A stretch of 63,710 nt of DNA, counting the filler, from Nemertoderma westbladi (taxonomy: Eukaryota > Animalia > Xenacoelomorpha), in assembly GCA_032718475.1 (NCBI GenBank). It is 3 parts of 3 records of this genome, joined end to end, with 100 filler letters (N's around TTAATTAATTAA, not from the genome) between each part and the next. Parts side by side here need not be neighbours in the genome. Positions count along the whole stretch, not along the records: positions 36,335 to 63,710 come from JAUCBJ010007301.1; 2 more parts are not named here. One strand, given 5' to 3'. The stretch's first letter is position 1. Each line of letters starts with the position of its first letter. The notes under the pieces were generated by a model that saw only the letters and a list, made by a program, of their open reading frames with translations, searched no databases and was not told the DNA's origin. The position numbers and the translations under genes are program-made. This document shows, piece by piece, positions 61,951 through 63,710 of the stretch.

Positions 61951-63710
61951 GGTGTTGACGCCTCGGTCTAAGTTTGTAAATGTTTTTGGGTTCGTAATAT
62001 GATGACGGATATTAAGAAATATAAAATGAATGAGTTGATGATAATAAGACATAGTTTAATATTTTATAATAATAATTGACAATCGCACTCTCATTACACT
62101 CCTAATGTATATCATAATGCTACCTAATTGATAATAATATCCTATAAAAAAGCTACGATCTTTTATACTACTATATTTTATTATAATATGTTTCATGTGC
62201 CTATCACAGAAAGTTATATCCAATAGGATTTCACACACTGGGTGAAAAGTAAGGAACAGAAAATGATTGAGGATTCACATCAAACTTATAACTCTCAATA
62301 ACTACAGTAAGAAACTGGCTAAATTAATCGTGCATAGAGATAATGATTCCTGTCCTAAGGTAGACTAAAAATGTTGTACAGTAAGCAGCATTACAAATGA
62401 CAGGTCGTGATTGACATATTATGCATGCTGAGTCTACATGTGCTTCGTGTTTACATATCGAATAATAATAAATAAAAAACGCATCTGAAATAACATGTGC
62501 CAAGGGGCAATTCATGCATGTCTTCTAATCTCGGGAAAATATGTCAAATAATTTTGGTGTTACATGGTCACAAACGTTCTACCGTTAACAGTCTGGTCGA
62601 TTTAGGAGCAATTTTAGGTGTACCCGGAAAAAAATGTTACCAAGCCAAATTTGGTATAATTAGAAGCGCAAATTTATGCTCTTTAAGAATATCGAAAGTC
62701 CTCCGCAGCATACCTTGGGCAACTTTTTTTATAGCCATTTTCTTGAACCCTATCCATAAGAAAAATCAATTCAAATTTACTTGATCTTCACTTGGAATAT
62801 TTCATAGTTGCTAAGAGACAATTTAATATTTCATATTCTTATCTGTTAATTACATCCATAATTGTATACATAATATAGACTGAAATTTACCGGTGTTAGC
62901 TAGTAGTTTACCCAAGGTGTACTAAATAAGTTATTTAGTTATTTAGTACACCTTGAGTTTACCCCACTCACGCCTGGTTGCTGGCGTTATATTGGTTCCA
63001 AGGCAAGCAAAGCTTGAATTTGACCTATTATTTTTATTATTACGCTCTCCAAACTTAGTAATGATAATGGTATAGTAATTATAACACATATAGATAGATA
63101 TTCTTCAGTTCTGACTCGCACCACAACCATTGAGTAAATTATTAAGGTACCGTTACTTGCTGAAATGATTCATAAAAGTTGGAAACAAATTAAAAGGCCC
63201 TTGCTACTGATACCAATAGCATGCAAGGAAGTACAGTAATAAATCAATGCATAAGAATAATGTTGTCGAGAAATAAAGGCGGTTGTTAATTTTTCTCTGA
63301 ATTGAGATTATATTTTTTGTCTGTATCTGTCTTACTTCTCGAGATATGGCTGTCTGTTCGTTTTACTGTCACTCCGTCCGTCAGTTTGTCTCAAAAACAA
63401 TAGAAAACGCACTACAGTATCTGTCTAAAAAAATTGTTATATGGGTTTTCTTGTTCCGTGACTTCTTTTCTGATATCAGTATTCAAATTTGGCCTCGTCT
63501 TTTCCGTCTGCATGACTTGCATTCTGTCCGTGAAAATAAAACCGACAGCCAAACAGACAATTTGGAAATCATCAAATGTTAAATCTGAATTGAATGAATT
63601 CTGAAATGAATTCTGCGACCAGGAAAACCCCTATAACTAAACTTTTAGCTTAAATATTTAACGGACAGATTGTAGGATAGTCAGAAAAACCGACAGACAG
63701 ACAAGCAGAC

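Overview
Animal (non-vertebrate-looking) genomic DNA. It is AT-rich, dominated by repeats, and split by two artificial 100-nt gap linkers (17076-17175, 36235-36334), so order across the gaps is not guaranteed. Host genes: four phase-consistent exons of a divergent M1 (aminopeptidase N-like) gene, a Cys-rich secreted/GPI-type gene nested antisense in one of its introns, an MFS transporter and an intronless UBXN4. Mobile DNA: a hAT-superfamily (hATm-like) transposase, two near-full-length APE-type LINEs, RTE, CRE-like and BEL/Pao remnants, a tRNA-derived SINE, nested MITEs with readable TSDs, Helentron-like elements and many satellites. The most striking observation concerns the two full LINEs. 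Their ORF2s look like different clades (RTEX-like and L2-like), yet they carry clearly homologous ORF1s. In both, ORF1 ends in Glu-UGA-C and runs in frame through an open spacer into ORF2. This suggests a portable ORF1 plus leaky-stop module giving ORF1-ORF2 fusion by readthrough. All calls are from manual reading; no database searches were run.
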